Source: Actinomycetota bacterium (lineage in GTDB: Bacteria > Actinomycetota > Actinomycetes > Actinomycetales > Microbacteriaceae). From it: a stretch of 64,000 nt of DNA. The DNA is taken from positions 2,837-66,836 of the forward strand of contig JBJOKH010000010.1 in assembly GCA_046046195.1 (NCBI GenBank). The letters are read 5' to 3'. Positions 34,161 to 44,589 of the stretch are shown here, one piece after another; positions within the stretch are counted from its first letter, which is position 1; every line of letters starts with the position of its first letter. A program made the translations under genes and the position numbers. The notes under the pieces are model-generated. The model saw only the letters and a program-made list of their open reading frames with translations, had not been told where the DNA came from and ran no database searches.

Positions 34161-35498
34161 CTAGTCGACGAACTTCTCGAACAAGGTTTCAGTGACATCC
34201 CCCACCGCAACTACAGACCTAGGCCTAGCAACCAATTCTGCCGCTAGCTCCTTTACATCGTCCAGCTCAACCTTGTTGAAGGCCGCGATGGTTTCGTCGA
34301 GGTCCATAAACTCGCCCGCTACTATCTCGGCGCTAGCCAGGCGCGACATCCTCGCCTGATTTGTCTCAAACTTGAGCGCCAAAGAGCCCGAGATGTTTCC
34401 CTTAGCAAGGGTTAATTCATCAGTGGTGATTCCCGCGTTTGCAATCTTTTCTAGCTCGGCGATCATCAGCTCAGTTACTTCTTGAGCTTTGGCGGGTGAG
34501 CAGCCAGCGTATAAACCAAAAGTTGCAGCGTCTGAGTAGCCCTGGTTGAAAGAATAAACGGAGTAAGCAAGTCCTCGCTTCTCACGAATCTCCTGGAAGA
34601 GCCTGGAGCTCATTCCTCCACCCAAAACGGTGTTGAGAACTCCCATCGCGTAGCGCCTGGAATCGTCAACATAGAGACCCTCAGAGCCCACCAGAATATT
34701 CACCTGCGAGATTGGTCTGTGAATCACCTGTAGCTTGGTGCCCCGAGAAATCTTTGCAGGCTGCAGCAGTCTTCTTTGAACCGGTTTGGCCGCAATGCTC
34801 AGGTCCCAACCCGCTTCGATCAAACCCTTCTCGACGAGCTCAATCAATTGCTGGTGCTCGACGTTACCTGCGGCCACCACCACAAGATCCTGTGGTCGAT
34901 AATTCTGCTGGTAGTGCTCCCAAACTGCATCTCTTGTGACGTTAGTGATGGTCTCTATGGTTCCCCCGATGGGACGGCCCAATGGGTGCTCTCCCAGCAC
35001 GGCAGTCGAGAAAGCTTCGTGGACGACATCGTGTGGATCGTCATCGTTCATGGCCAACTCTTCGAGAATTACTGGACGTTCGTTCTCGAACTCGGTTGGA
35101 TCAATCACACTCGAGGTGAGCATGTCGGCGATAACGTCGACTGCGATGGGAAGGGCGCTGTCTTGAACTTTTGCGTAGTAAGACGTGTGCTCCTTGCCGG
35201 TAGAAGCATTGGATGATCCACCCACGGAATCAAAGGCAACAGCGATGTCCATCGCTGTTCGCTTCTTGGTCCCTTTGAACAGAAGATGCTCTAGAAAGTG
35301 AGTAGAGCCAAAGTGGTTATTGGTTTCATCTCTGGATCCCACAGCAACCGAAAACGAAACCGAGACCGACTGGGCGCCAGGAACTTGTTCGGTGAGAACG
35401 CGAACACCGCTTGGGAGAACACTTCTGCGAACAGAGGTGCCTCCCGAAGCGGTGAACGATAAATCAGCTTGTTCGAGTGGGAACAGAACTTCGGTCAT
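34161..35498 (-). CDS. M16 family zinc peptidase
   Basis: HFLEH inverted zinc motif, GGGMSSRLFQEIREKRGLAY. Confidence 0.93.
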   Translation of the reverse strand: MTEVLFPLEQADLSFTASGGTSVRRSVLPSGVRVLTEQVPGAQSVSVSFSVAVGSRDETNNHFGSTHFLEHLLFKGTKKRTAMDIAVAFDSVGGSSNASTGKEHTSYYAKVQDSALPIAVDVIADMLTSSVIDPTEFENERPVILEELAMNDDDPHDVVHEAFSTAVLGEHPLGRPIGGTIETITNVTRDAVWEHYQQNYRPQDLVVVAAGNVEHQQLIELVEKGLIEAGWDLSIAAKPVQRRLLQPAKISRGTKLQVIHRPISQVNILVGSEGLYVDDSRRYAMGVLNTVLGGGMSSRLFQEIREKRGLAYSVYSFNQGYSDAATFGLYAGCSPAKAQEVTELMIAELEKIANAGITTDELTLAKGNISGSLALKFETNQARMSRLASAEIVAGEFMDLDETIAAFNKVELDDVKELAAELVARPRSVVAVGDVTETLFEKFVD

Positions 35499-35509
35499 AG
35501 AGAAAAGGC

Positions 35510-37714
35510 TTACGCTTCCTCGGTGTCGACTGGAGTTAGCGATAGCTTTCCGCGGTCGTCAATCTTTGAGATTTCAACCTGGATGCGCTGGCCAACCTCA
35601 AGTACGTCTTCGACGTTCTCGACTCGCTTGCCACCTGCCATTTTCTTTAGTTCTGAGATGTGCAGCAGACCATCGCGACCTGGAACCAGCGAAACAAATG
35701 CCCCGAAGGTGGCTAGCTTCACAACAGTTCCAAGGAAACGCTCACCGATCTCTGGTACGTGTGGGTTGGCAATCGCGTTGATGGCAGCCTTGGCAGCCTC
35801 AGCCGAAGGACCATCCACGGCACCGATGTAAACAGTTCCGTCATCCTCAATAGAGATGTCGGCACCGGTGTCGTCCTGGATCTGGTTGATCATCTTGCCC
35901 TTTGGACCAATGACTTCACCAATCTTGTCTAGAGGAATCTTCACCGAGATTACTCGTGGCGCAGTTGGCGCAATCTCGTCTGGCTCAGAGATTGCCTGGT
36001 TCATGACTCCCAAAATGTGAAGTCTGGCCTCCTTGGCCTGAAGCAAGGCTCCATCCAACACAGAAGCTGGAATTCCATCGAGCTTGGTGTCCAGCTGGAT
36101 AGCTGTCACAAACTCACTGGTTCCTGCGACCTTGAAGTCCATGTCTCCAAGGGCATCTTCCGCACCGAGGATGTCGGTTAGAGCCGCGTAGCGGGTCTTT
36201 CCGTCTACCTCATCAGAGATAAGTCCCATGGCAATACCTGCTACCGGTGCACGAAGTGGCACACCAGCATTTAGCAGAGCCAGAGTTGAAGCACAGACTG
36301 AACCCATTGAGGTTGATCCGTTTGAGCCAAGAGCCTCGGACACCTGACGAATCGCGTATGGGAATTCATCTCTAGCTGGAAGCACTGGAACCAACGCTCT
36401 CTCAGCTAGCGCTCCGTGACCGATTTCGCGGCGCTTTGGAGTTCCCACTCGACCGGTTTCACCGGTTGAGTAAGGAGGGAAGTTGTAGTTGTGCATGTAG
36501 CGCTTCGAAGTCACCGGTGAAAGTGAGTCGATCTGCTGCTCCATCTTCAACATGTTCAAGGTGGTTACACCAAGAATCTGGGTCTCTCCGCGCTGGAAAA
36601 TCGCAGAACCGTGAACGCGAGGAATCACTGATACTTCAGCGTCAACCTGTCGAATGTCGCGAAGGCCACGTCCATCAATACGAATTCCCTCTTCGAGAAC
36701 GCGACGACGCATGACCTTCTTAGTCACGGACTTGTAGGCAGCGCTAAACATAGCGAGTTCTTCTTCCGAAACTGTTGCAGCAAGTTTTTCCTTGACCTGT
36801 GCCTTGTAGGCATCGTCCTGGTCCTGACGAGTCTGCTTGTCAGCTACCTGGTAAATACGCGCAAGCTCAGCTTCGGTCTCTTTCTCAACCAATGCGTAGA
36901 ACTCATCGGTGTAAGGCAAGAACACTGGGTACTCAGCAGATTCGCGAGAGGAAACTGCAGCAAGTTTCTGCTGAGCAACAATTAGCTCCTTGATGAATGG
37001 CTTAGCAGCTTCTAGCCCCTGAGACACGATTTCTTCGCTTGGGGCAGTTGCGCCTTCGTTCTTGATCAAGTTCCAAGCATTCTCGGATGCTTCAGCCTCA
37101 ACCATCATGATTGCGATGTCTTCTTTACCGTTTTCCACGATTAGACGACCTGCAACCACCATGTTGAATACCGCACGCTCAAGCTGTGAGTGCTTTGGGA
37201 ATGCAACCCACTGGCCATCGATAAGTGCAACACGCACTCCACCGATTGGACCAGAGAATGGCAAACCTGCAATCTGAGTCGACATTGAAGCCGCGTTGAT
37301 TGCAAGGACGTCGTATAGCTCGTCAGGCTCGATAGCCATAACGGTCACAACGATCTGAATTTCGTTTCTTAGACCATCAACGAATGATGGGCGAAGTGGG
37401 CGGTCGATTAGGCGACATGCCAAGATTGCTTCGGTTGATGGGCGACCTTCACGACGGAAGAAGCTTCCGGGGATTCTTCCGGCGGCATACATTCTTTCCT
37501 CGACGTCAATCGTCAACGGGAAAAAGTCGAACTGGTCTTTTGGCTGCTTGCTAACGCTGGTTGCGGAAAACAGCATGGTTTCGCCGTCTAGATAAATGGC
37601 TGCAGCACCCTGAGCCTGCTGAGCAAGCCTTCCGGTCTCGAAGCGAATGGTTCGCTTTCCATACTTGCCGTTGTCAATTACTGCTTCGGCTGATTTAATT
37701 TCTGGACCTTCCAT
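35510..37714 (-). CDS. pnp: Polyribonucleotide nucleotidyltransferase
   Basis: [28 protein letters not shown] and S1 domains. Confidence 0.98.
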   Translation of the reverse strand: MEGPEIKSAEAVIDNGKYGKRTIRFETGRLAQQAQGAAAIYLDGETMLFSATSVSKQPKDQFDFFPLTIDVEERMYAAGRIPGSFFRREGRPSTEAILACRLIDRPLRPSFVDGLRNEIQIVVTVMAIEPDELYDVLAINAASMSTQIAGLPFSGPIGGVRVALIDGQWVAFPKHSQLERAVFNMVVAGRLIVENGKEDIAIMMVEAEASENAWNLIKNEGATAPSEEIVSQGLEAAKPFIKELIVAQQKLAAVSSRESAEYPVFLPYTDEFYALVEKETEAELARIYQVADKQTRQDQDDAYKAQVKEKLAATVSEEELAMFSAAYKSVTKKVMRRRVLEEGIRIDGRGLRDIRQVDAEVSVIPRVHGSAIFQRGETQILGVTTLNMLKMEQQIDSLSPVTSKRYMHNYNFPPYSTGETGRVGTPKRREIGHGALAERALVPVLPARDEFPYAIRQVSEALGSNGSTSMGSVCASTLALLNAGVPLRAPVAGIAMGLISDEVDGKTRYAALTDILGAEDALGDMDFKVAGTSEFVTAIQLDTKLDGIPASVLDGALLQAKEARLHILGVMNQAISEPDEIAPTAPRVISVKIPLDKIGEVIGPKGKMINQIQDDTGADISIEDDGTVYIGAVDGPSAEAAKAAINAIANPHVPEIGERFLGTVVKLATFGAFVSLVPGRDGLLHISELKKMAGGKRVENVEDVLEVGQRIQVEISKIDDRGKLSLTPVDTEEA

Positions 37715-37821
37715 GGTCCCTCCTCTTTGTTATAAGACGCGTTCGTGATTCTCAACTGTTGAGAAAACGCGCATAGCGAGGATGAGGCGAGAGATTTTTG
37801 CTGCTAAGACTTAGCAGCTGC

Positions 37822-37877
37822 CTGGTCGTCAGTAGAAAAACTTGGGGAAACTCCCAAGATCCACCACCGAGGACCAG
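37822..37877 (-). ncRNA. Actino-pnp-like cis RNA stem in the pnp leader
   Basis: CUGGUCCUCGGUGG...CUUGGG-AGUUUC-CCCAAG...CUACUGACGACCAG long imperfect stem upstream of pnp. Confidence 0.7.
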
Positions 37878-37963
37878 CAAACCCATCCTCATCGCTCAAC
37901 CCCAAGCCTAACAGGGTAGGCCAAATTAGCCTAGGAAAATAGGCCAAATAAAGTGGTGATACC

Positions 37964-38233
37964 TTAGCGGCGGATACCGAGGCGCTCGATAAGCGCACGG
38001 TAGCGGTTGATGTCAACCTTCTGGAGGTATCCAAGAAGACGACGGCGCTGACCAACCAACAAAAGCAGTCCACGACGAGAGTGGTGGTCGTGCTTGTGCT
38101 CCTTTAGGTGCTCGGTTAGATCCTTGATGCGCTGTGATAGAACTGCAACCTGAACCTCAGGAGAACCGGTGTCACCTGGGTGAGTTGCGTACTGAGCGAT
38201 GATGTCGTTTTTTACTTTTGCATCTAGTGACAC
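37964..38233 (-). CDS. rpsO: 30S ribosomal protein S15
   Basis: [22 protein letters not shown]; GTG start at 38233 with GAAGGA SD. Confidence 0.97.
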   Translation of the reverse strand: MSLDAKVKNDIIAQYATHPGDTGSPEVQVAVLSQRIKDLTEHLKEHKHDHHSRRGLLLLVGQRRRLLGYLQKVDINRYRALIERLGIRR

Positions 38234-38314
38234 TTTGTATTCCTTCGATTCGCTGCGCGGCGCAAAAAACCCGTTGTTCTTTGCTCTGTTTATCCGCGGC
38301 CGATACACGGCAAC
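38234..38314 (-). promoter_or_regulatory. Putative S15 autoregulatory leader
   Basis: ~80-nt leader after TAAGCT -10 (38321-38326): GCCG...GGC and GCGG...CCGC pairings resembling actinobacterial rpsO leaders. Confidence 0.55.
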
Positions 38315-38359
38315 TTTGAAAGCTTACCTGAAAGCTGGACCTAAGCGCCAGCCCCGAAT

Positions 38360-38878
38360 TTACGCCTCGGGAGCGTACTTATTGCCCTGCTCGCGAGTCT
38401 TTGTAGGAAGCAGGCACAAAACCAGCAAAAATACCTGTACTCCGAAGGCAATCAATAGGGTCGGTACAAAGTAAGCAACAGAAGTAGCCAACACTTCTAC
38501 CTCTGGGGCGCTAGTGCTGTTTAGGTAGCCAACGACTCCAAGAATTCCCATTACAAGAGGTACTAGCGGTAGCAGGTACAAAAACAGCCACTTACCCGAC
38601 CAACCAGAGTCTTGAATTCTTCTTGAAGTCACAGCCAGCGTTGGAATCAAGAGAATCAACGCAGAGATGCTTGTTAGCGGTGTTGGCTGGTTGATTGCCT
38701 CGATCAAATCATCGGTTTCAATTGGAGGCCAAATAATCGACTCAATGGTCGAAAGCACAATCCCAATAAGTACAGTTGCCAGAATAAAGAACCAGTACTC
38801 GCGCCTAGTAGCTGTTCCCTTGAACTTACGAAAGTTCACGAAAGCTGATTTGACGGCGTCGACGAAGGTGATTTTCAT
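38360..38878 (-). CDS. DUF805 family membrane protein
   Basis: F.G.ATRREYWFF and P.LAV..RR..D.G.SG.W, N.Y C-terminus. Confidence 0.85.
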   Translation of the reverse strand: MKITFVDAVKSAFVNFRKFKGTATRREYWFFILATVLIGIVLSTIESIIWPPIETDDLIEAINQPTPLTSISALILLIPTLAVTSRRIQDSGWSGKWLFLYLLPLVPLVMGILGVVGYLNSTSAPEVEVLATSVAYFVPTLLIAFGVQVFLLVLCLLPTKTREQGNKYAPEA

Positions 38879-39808
38879 TTACAGTCCTAACTGATTTCTA
38901 ACTACATCTAAATCTAGATTGATTTGCGCAACAAGTGCCTCAACCCCGTCGAACTTAGCGGCGGGTCGAACAAAATCAACAAACTCAAGCGTGACTACCT
39001 TGTCATACAGGTCCAACTCGGTCTCATCTAGAACGTGAGACTCAACCAGTCTTGGTACAGCTTGGAATGTCTCGTTGATTCCAACCGAATGCGCAGCCGG
39101 GTATCGAATTCCGTCGGCTACCAACCAACCGGCATAAACACCATCAAGTGGCAGATACCCCTCAGCATCTCTCGCGATGTTAGCTGTCGGAAAACCGATC
39201 TTCCGGCCAATCTTTAGACCGTGCTCCACTAATCCGCTAACCTCGTGAACCCGGCCTAGCATTTTGGCAACTAGCTTCACGTCACCTTGGTCCAGTAGTT
39301 CTCTCACCAGGGTTGTTGAAACAACTTCCCCGTCTATATGGACTCGCTTTACCTCAGCAACTTCAAAACCGTTTTGCTCCCCAAGAGCCATTAGGGTCTG
39401 GAGATTTCCAGAACCTTGGTTTCCAAATCGAAATCCTTCACCGACTAGAACAAGCTTGGCGCTCAGCCCCTTGACGAGAATCTGGTTCACAAACTCTTCT
39501 GGTGATAAGTCAGAAAGCTGCTGATTGAATTCCAGTTGCAGCATGGTGGAAACACCGAAACCGGAAATCAATCTTGCTTTCTGATTTGGTCCAAGGATTG
39601 GAAGCTTTGCTCTATCCGGACGAAGCAGTTTATCTGGGTGTCTATCGAAGGTGACGACGGTTGGGACCAGATTCAAGTTTGTAGCGACATCAACTATTTC
39701 AGTGAAGACTGCCTGATGGCCCAGATGAATGCAGTCAAACTTTCCAATTGTTACCGCGCTGGGACCAAAACCATTGGGGACCTCAGCCAAAGAATTCAGA
39801 GTAATCAA
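38879..39808 (-). CDS. ribF: Bifunctional riboflavin kinase / FAD synthetase
   Basis: G.FD.IHLGH, GFRFG, VSTT..R, GFPTAN, GVYAG. Confidence 0.94.
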   Translation of the reverse strand: MITLNSLAEVPNGFGPSAVTIGKFDCIHLGHQAVFTEIVDVATNLNLVPTVVTFDRHPDKLLRPDRAKLPILGPNQKARLISGFGVSTMLQLEFNQQLSDLSPEEFVNQILVKGLSAKLVLVGEGFRFGNQGSGNLQTLMALGEQNGFEVAEVKRVHIDGEVVSTTLVRELLDQGDVKLVAKMLGRVHEVSGLVEHGLKIGRKIGFPTANIARDAEGYLPLDGVYAGWLVADGIRYPAAHSVGINETFQAVPRLVESHVLDETELDLYDKVVTLEFVDFVRPAAKFDGVEALVAQINLDLDVVRNQLGL

Positions 39809-39809
39809 G

Positions 39810-40223
39810 TCAAGATTCCTTGCGCGAGCGGAAAATCCAGATCAATCCAAGAATTGGAAGAACTAGCGGGATGTATCCATAGCCTGATCCAAAACCTGAC
39901 CAGACGCTCGGGTGGGCGAACAATTCAGGTGCCGCAAATGAGAGAGCACCAACTGCTATGACACCAACGAGCTCGAATATGACTGAGTAGAGAGCAGCCT
40001 TTCTCCATTTGGGTCCGGACTTTGCAAGCGAGACCGTAGCAAGGATGTAGACCAAAGCACTTACCAGCGAAAGCGAGTAGGCCAAAGGAGCTTGTTCAAA
40101 CTTTGTGATGATTTGAAAGGACGCTCTGGCTGTCGAGGAAACGGCAAAGACAGCATAAAACAAGATCAGCAGTCGGCCAACGCCTAGCTTTCTTTTTGGT
40201 GCTGCGCCTTGAGCGTTTGCCAT
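39810..40223 (-). CDS. Conserved integral membrane protein
   Basis: Four TMs, SVWS.FG.GYG.IPL.LP pattern. Confidence 0.75.
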   Translation of the reverse strand: MANAQGAAPKRKLGVGRLLILFYAVFAVSSTARASFQIITKFEQAPLAYSLSLVSALVYILATVSLAKSGPKWRKAALYSVIFELVGVIAVGALSFAAPELFAHPSVWSGFGSGYGYIPLVLPILGLIWIFRSRKES

Positions 40224-40251
40224 CAGGGGAAAGTCTTTCTTTTCAGGGGGT

Positions 40252-40617
40252 TTAGTAGCTGCCGGTCCAAATTTGATTCATTCGAACCAGCATCACTGCG
40301 ACAGTAAGTGCGGCAACACCGAGAATTACTGTAGACCAACGATTTCTTTCGACCAGTGCCCAGAAACCTGCCCCGACCGGCACCATTATCGCAACGAGCA
40401 AATATGCGTAGAACTCGACTGTGTCGATGGCAGCCTGGGCTCCTCCGACAACAACAACGGTGGTGTAGACAAACTGACCCAACAGTCCAACCAGAACAAC
40501 GCCGAGGGCACCCACTGTCCAAAGACTTGGAAGTCTGCCAAAAAGTCCTAGTCCAATTGCAAATAGACCAGCGGCCACTGCAAACCACAGTTGAACCAGG
40601 TAAAAAGCATCAATCAT
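40252..40617 (-). CDS. Conserved integral membrane protein
   Basis: Four TMs, EF.AYL, ER.RWS, RM.QIW; coupled to truB. Confidence 0.75.
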   Translation of the reverse strand: MIDAFYLVQLWFAVAAGLFAIGLGLFGRLPSLWTVGALGVVLVGLLGQFVYTTVVVVGGAQAAIDTVEFYAYLLVAIMVPVGAGFWALVERNRWSTVILGVAALTVAVMLVRMNQIWTGSY

Positions 40618-41503
40618 TGAGTTCTCCTTGAAACACCACTACTGATTTTAAGCCAGTTCCTACTGGCTCTAGAACCGCGACCAACTTGCCCGATGGAGAG
40701 ATTCCGGCCATTTTTCCAGCATTCACATTCGCCATTGAAAGACGCTTACCGTGCACTAAATCTGTGACTTGGTCCGGACTTAGGGAAATAGCTGGAAACA
40801 GGTCCTTAGCAGCATCCGCTAATGAGGTGAGCCTTAGTGACTCCAGTTCGGCAACCGAATTAGCAGCAGAAACATCAAAGTTGCCGACTCGGGTTCTGCG
40901 AAGTGCAGTGACGTGGCCCCCTACACCCAAAGCATTTCCTAAATCCCTGGCAAGAGCCCGGATGTATGTCCCAGACGAGCACTCGACCTTTACGTCTAGG
41001 TCAAGAAACCCTTCCTTGGTGGTGCCGGAAGAAATCAACTCGAATGAATAGACACTCACCTGGCGTTCCTTAAGGTCTACATCTTCACCTGCACGGACCA
41101 AGTCGTAGGCACGCTTGCCATCAACTTTGATTGCGCTAACCGATGAAGGTCGCTGAAGAATTTCGCCCGTAAGTCTCTGAATTTCTTGTTTGACGCGCTC
41201 CGGGGACACCTCAGCTAGTTCAGCGGTACCGGCAGTTTTCAGAACATCAGATTCAGAGTCGTCGGAAATTGTCGAGACACCGAGCCTGATGGTTGCCAAA
41301 TAGGTTTTATCAGCGCCCACTAAAAATGTGAGCAGTTTGGTTCCGGACTCAATTCCTAGAACCAAAAGCCCGGTTGCAAGTGGGTCAAGAGTTCCGGCGT
41401 GACCAACTTTTTTAGTGCCAACGGCTTTACGAACCTTCGCAACGACATCGTGACTTGTCCAGCCGGTCGGTTTGTCAATTAGCACAAGTCCCGAGGCGAC
41501 CAA
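40610..41503 (-). CDS. truB: tRNA pseudouridine(55) synthase
   Basis: DKP.G.TSHD, GHAGTLDP.ATG, CSSGTYIR.LA. Confidence 0.96.
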   Translation of the reverse strand: MVASGLVLIDKPTGWTSHDVVAKVRKAVGTKKVGHAGTLDPLATGLLVLGIESGTKLLTFLVGADKTYLATIRLGVSTISDDSESDVLKTAGTAELAEVSPERVKQEIQRLTGEILQRPSSVSAIKVDGKRAYDLVRAGEDVDLKERQVSVYSFELISSGTTKEGFLDLDVKVECSSGTYIRALARDLGNALGVGGHVTALRRTRVGNFDVSAANSVAELESLRLTSLADAAKDLFPAISLSPDQVTDLVHGKRLSMANVNAGKMAGISPSGKLVAVLEPVGTGLKSVVVFQGELND

Positions 41504-41505
41504 CG

Positions 41506-41943
41506 TCAGTCCTGTTCTTCGATGTGCTTTGGTTCCTTGTATGGATTCGCGTCACCTGCAGGCTTTGCAGCCGCAGCCAGTCTTGCAACCTCAGCATCTT
41601 TGGCGCGTGCCTCGGCAAGAAGATCGTTCATGTGAGCGGCGTTTTCTGGAAGCTCATCCGAAATGAATTCGAGGGTGGGAGTCAGGCGAATCGATAGATT
41701 GTGGCCAACGTCTCCTCGAATACGCCCAGTGTTGCGCTTGATGATCTCGTTGGAGCGCTCTCTATCTTCGTCAGTACCAAAAACGGTATAGAAGACCTGA
41801 GCGTGCTGCAGATCAGGAGTCACTTTCACTTCGGTAATCGTCACGAAACCGAGGTCTGGATCCTTCACCGCTTTTTCGAGCGCTTCGGCAACCAACACCT
41901 TGATTCGCTCGGCAAGTTTGCGAGCTCTAGCAACGTCAACCAT
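41506..41943 (-). CDS. rbfA: Ribosome-binding factor A
   Basis: KDP.LGFVTIT.V..T.DL, IR.TP.L.F. Confidence 0.95.
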   Translation of the reverse strand: MVDVARARKLAERIKVLVAEALEKAVKDPDLGFVTITEVKVTPDLQHAQVFYTVFGTDEDRERSNEIIKRNTGRIRGDVGHNLSIRLTPTLEFISDELPENAAHMNDLLAEARAKDAEVARLAAAAKPAGDANPYKEPKHIEEQD

Positions 41944-41945
41944 GG

Positions 41946-44549
41946 TTAGACTCTTGGCTTCTCACGCATCTCGAAGGTTTGAATGATGTCTTCTAGTTCA
42001 AGTTCGTTGAAGCCACCAAGACCGATACCACACTCGAAGTCAGTCTTGACTTCATTGGCGTCGTCCTTGAATCGCTTCAGTGACTCAACTTTTAGGTTGT
42101 CAGCGATGATGTTGCCGCCGCGAAGGACGCGAGCCAAAGAGTTTCGCTTGATTGAACCAGAGCGAACGATCGAACCGGCGATGGTGCCAACCTTCGAGGA
42201 CTTGAATAGTTCACGAACCTCGGCTGTACCAAGCTCGAATTCTTCGTACTCAGGCTTGAGCATTCCCTTGAGGGCTTTTTCAATGTCCTCAAGAGCCGAG
42301 TAGATGACGGAGTAGAAGCGAATGTCCACGCCTTCTCTGTCGGCGCGATCCTTGGCCTTGTTATCCGGCTTGACGTTGAATCCAATAATGATGGCGTTGT
42401 CAACGGTGGCAAGGTTAACGTCGGACTCGGTGACAGCACCAACGCCTCGGTGAATGATTCGTAGCTGGACGGAGTCGTCCACCTCGATTTTGAGAAGCGA
42501 GTCTTCCAGAGCTTCAACCGCACCGGATACGTCACCCTTGATGACCAAATTGAGGGATTCAACCTTGCCATCTTCAAGGGCCTTGGTGAAGTCTTCAAGA
42601 CTTACGCGCTTTCTGGTCTTAGCAAGAAGAGCGTTTCTGTCGGCAGCTTCACGTTTTTCGGCGATCTGTCTTGCCTGGCGCTCGTCGTCGGTGACAACAA
42701 ACGTGTCGCCCGCGCGTGGAACACTCTGGAGTCCAAGAACCTGAACCGGTCTCGAAGGAGTTGCGGCCTCGACAGGCTCACCATCTTCGTTGAACATCGC
42801 ACGAACGCGACCGTGAGCACTTCCAGCAACAATCGAGTCACCAACGTTCAAGGTACCGGACTGAATCAGAACGGTTGCAACCGCTCCACGACCCTTGTCC
42901 AGGTTGGCTTCAATAGCCACACCGCGAGCGTCCTTGTTAGGGTTGGCACGCATGTCTAGAGCAGCATCGGCGGTAAGAAGCACTGCATCGAGCAGCTGGG
43001 TGATTCCCTGACCCTTCAGAGCAGAAACCGGCACGAACATAACGTCACCACCGTATTCTTCGGCGACCAAGTTGAATTCGGTTAGCTGTTGCTTGACCTT
43101 GTCAGGGTTTGCACCTTCCTTATCAACCTTGTTGATGGCAACCACAATCGGTACACCAGCTGACTGAGCGTGGTTTAACGCTTCCACAGTCTGAGGCATA
43201 ACACCGTCATCGGCTGCGACAACCAAGATGGCGATGTCAGTGACCTGTGCACCACGAGCACGCATGGCTGTAAACGCCTCGTGACCCGGGGTGTCGATGA
43301 AAGTGATTGCTCGGTCTTGACCTTCGTGCGTGGTGTGAACCTGGTACGCACCGATGTGCTGGGTGATACCACCGGCTTCCCCGGCTTGAACGTTCGCGTT
43401 TCGAATCGAGTCCAAAAGCGCAGTCTTACCGTGATCAACGTGACCCATGACCGTGACAACAGGTGGTCTTGCTACAAGGTCTGCCTCGTCATCGTCGTAG
43501 TCGGCTGAAATGTCCAAACCGAATCCTTCGAATAGCTCTCGCTCTTCGTCCTCAGGGGAAACAACTTCGATCTTGTAACCCAGTTCAGCTCCAAGAATCT
43601 GGAAGGTGTCTTCGTCTAGCGATGCGGTAGCGGTTGCCATCTGACCAAGTGCAAATAGCACAGTGATCAGCTGACCAGCGTTGGCATCGATCTTGTCTGC
43701 GAAATCTTGAATTGAAGCTCCGCGGCGTAGACGAATAACAGTTGTTCCGTCACCGCGTGGCACAACTGCGCCACCAAGGCTTGGAACACTTCTTTGTTCG
43801 AATTCTTCTCTCTTGGCGCGCTTAGACTTTCGAGCCTTGCTCTGTCCTCTTGCTCCGCCTTTACCGAATGCACCAGCGGTACCACCGCCAACACCTCTTC
43901 CACGTCCACCGGCAGGTCCTCTGCCTGGGAATCCTCCGGCTGGTGGTGCGCCTCCAAATCCCGGCTTCGCTCCGCCGAAACCTGGACGCGATCCTGAACC
44001 GCCAGCTGGTCTTGCTCCAGGTCTTGGAGCTCCGCCTTCTGGTCTTGATCCAGGGCGTGGTGCGCCTGGTCTTGGAGTTCCAGGTCTTGCCATGCCTTGT
44101 GCTGCGTTGAATGGATTATTTCCAGGTCTTGCCATCGGACGAGGAATTCCCATTCCCTGACTTGAAGCAAATGGGTTATTTCCAGGTCTTGGAACTCCAG
44201 GAACAGAGGATGCAGCAGGAGGAGCTTTTGGTGCATCGGTAATTGAACTTGGAGCAAGTCTTGAAGTTTTCTTTTTTGGCTCTGCAGGTTCTGAAGGCTC
44301 AGCAGTTTCCGATACAACTTCGGCGGCGGCAGCAGTTTTCTTAGTAGCGGCCTTGGGCTTAGCTACCTTCTTTACTTCATCGGCAGGCTTTGCGTCAGGG
44401 AAGGCAGCGCGTAGTTTCTTAGCGATCGGGGGTGCAATTGTTGAAGACCCGCTCTTGACGTATTCGCCGAGCTCTTCAAGTTTGGCCAGAGCCACTTTGG
44501 TATCAATACCAAGTTCTTTGGCTACGTCGTAAACACGTGGTAGCGCCAC
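41946..44549 (-). CDS. infB: Translation initiation factor IF-2
   Basis: [21 protein letters not shown]; Pro/Gly-rich N-terminal linker with RPGNNPF repeats. Confidence 0.99.
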   Translation of the reverse strand: MALPRVYDVAKELGIDTKVALAKLEELGEYVKSGSSTIAPPIAKKLRAAFPDAKPADEVKKVAKPKAATKKTAAAAEVVSETAEPSEPAEPKKKTSRLAPSSITDAPKAPPAASSVPGVPRPGNNPFASSQGMGIPRPMARPGNNPFNAAQGMARPGTPRPGAPRPGSRPEGGAPRPGARPAGGSGSRPGFGGAKPGFGGAPPAGGFPGRGPAGGRGRGVGGGTAGAFGKGGARGQSKARKSKRAKREEFEQRSVPSLGGAVVPRGDGTTVIRLRRGASIQDFADKIDANAGQLITVLFALGQMATATASLDEDTFQILGAELGYKIEVVSPEDEERELFEGFGLDISADYDDDEADLVARPPVVTVMGHVDHGKTALLDSIRNANVQAGEAGGITQHIGAYQVHTTHEGQDRAITFIDTPGHEAFTAMRARGAQVTDIAILVVAADDGVMPQTVEALNHAQSAGVPIVVAINKVDKEGANPDKVKQQLTEFNLVAEEYGGDVMFVPVSALKGQGITQLLDAVLLTADAALDMRANPNKDARGVAIEANLDKGRGAVATVLIQSGTLNVGDSIVAGSAHGRVRAMFNEDGEPVEAATPSRPVQVLGLQSVPRAGDTFVVTDDERQARQIAEKREAADRNALLAKTRKRVSLEDFTKALEDGKVESLNLVIKGDVSGAVEALEDSLLKIEVDDSVQLRIIHRGVGAVTESDVNLATVDNAIIIGFNVKPDNKAKDRADREGVDIRFYSVIYSALEDIEKALKGMLKPEYEEFELGTAEVRELFKSSKVGTIAGSIVRSGSIKRNSLARVLRGGNIIADNLKVESLKRFKDDANEVKTDFECGIGLGGFNELELEDIIQTFEMREKPRV

Positions 44550-44589
44550 TTACTTCTCCTGTCTGGGCCTTCCCAAACAGGGCAGGCCG

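Noticed and set aside
37804-38073. 89-aa ORF spanning the rpsO end and the pnp leader
   Set aside because: Off-frame of rpsO; the region is better explained as structured RNA.
40223-40588. 121-aa Cys/Arg-rich ORF
   Set aside because: Alternative frame of the membrane protein gene 40252-40617.
43667-44317. 216-aa +1-frame ORF with QDLE repeats inside infB
   Set aside because: Shadow of the Pro/Gly/Ala/Arg-rich linker: few codons have a middle T, so +1-frame stops are rare; QDLE is the shifted reading of CCA AGA CCT GGA.
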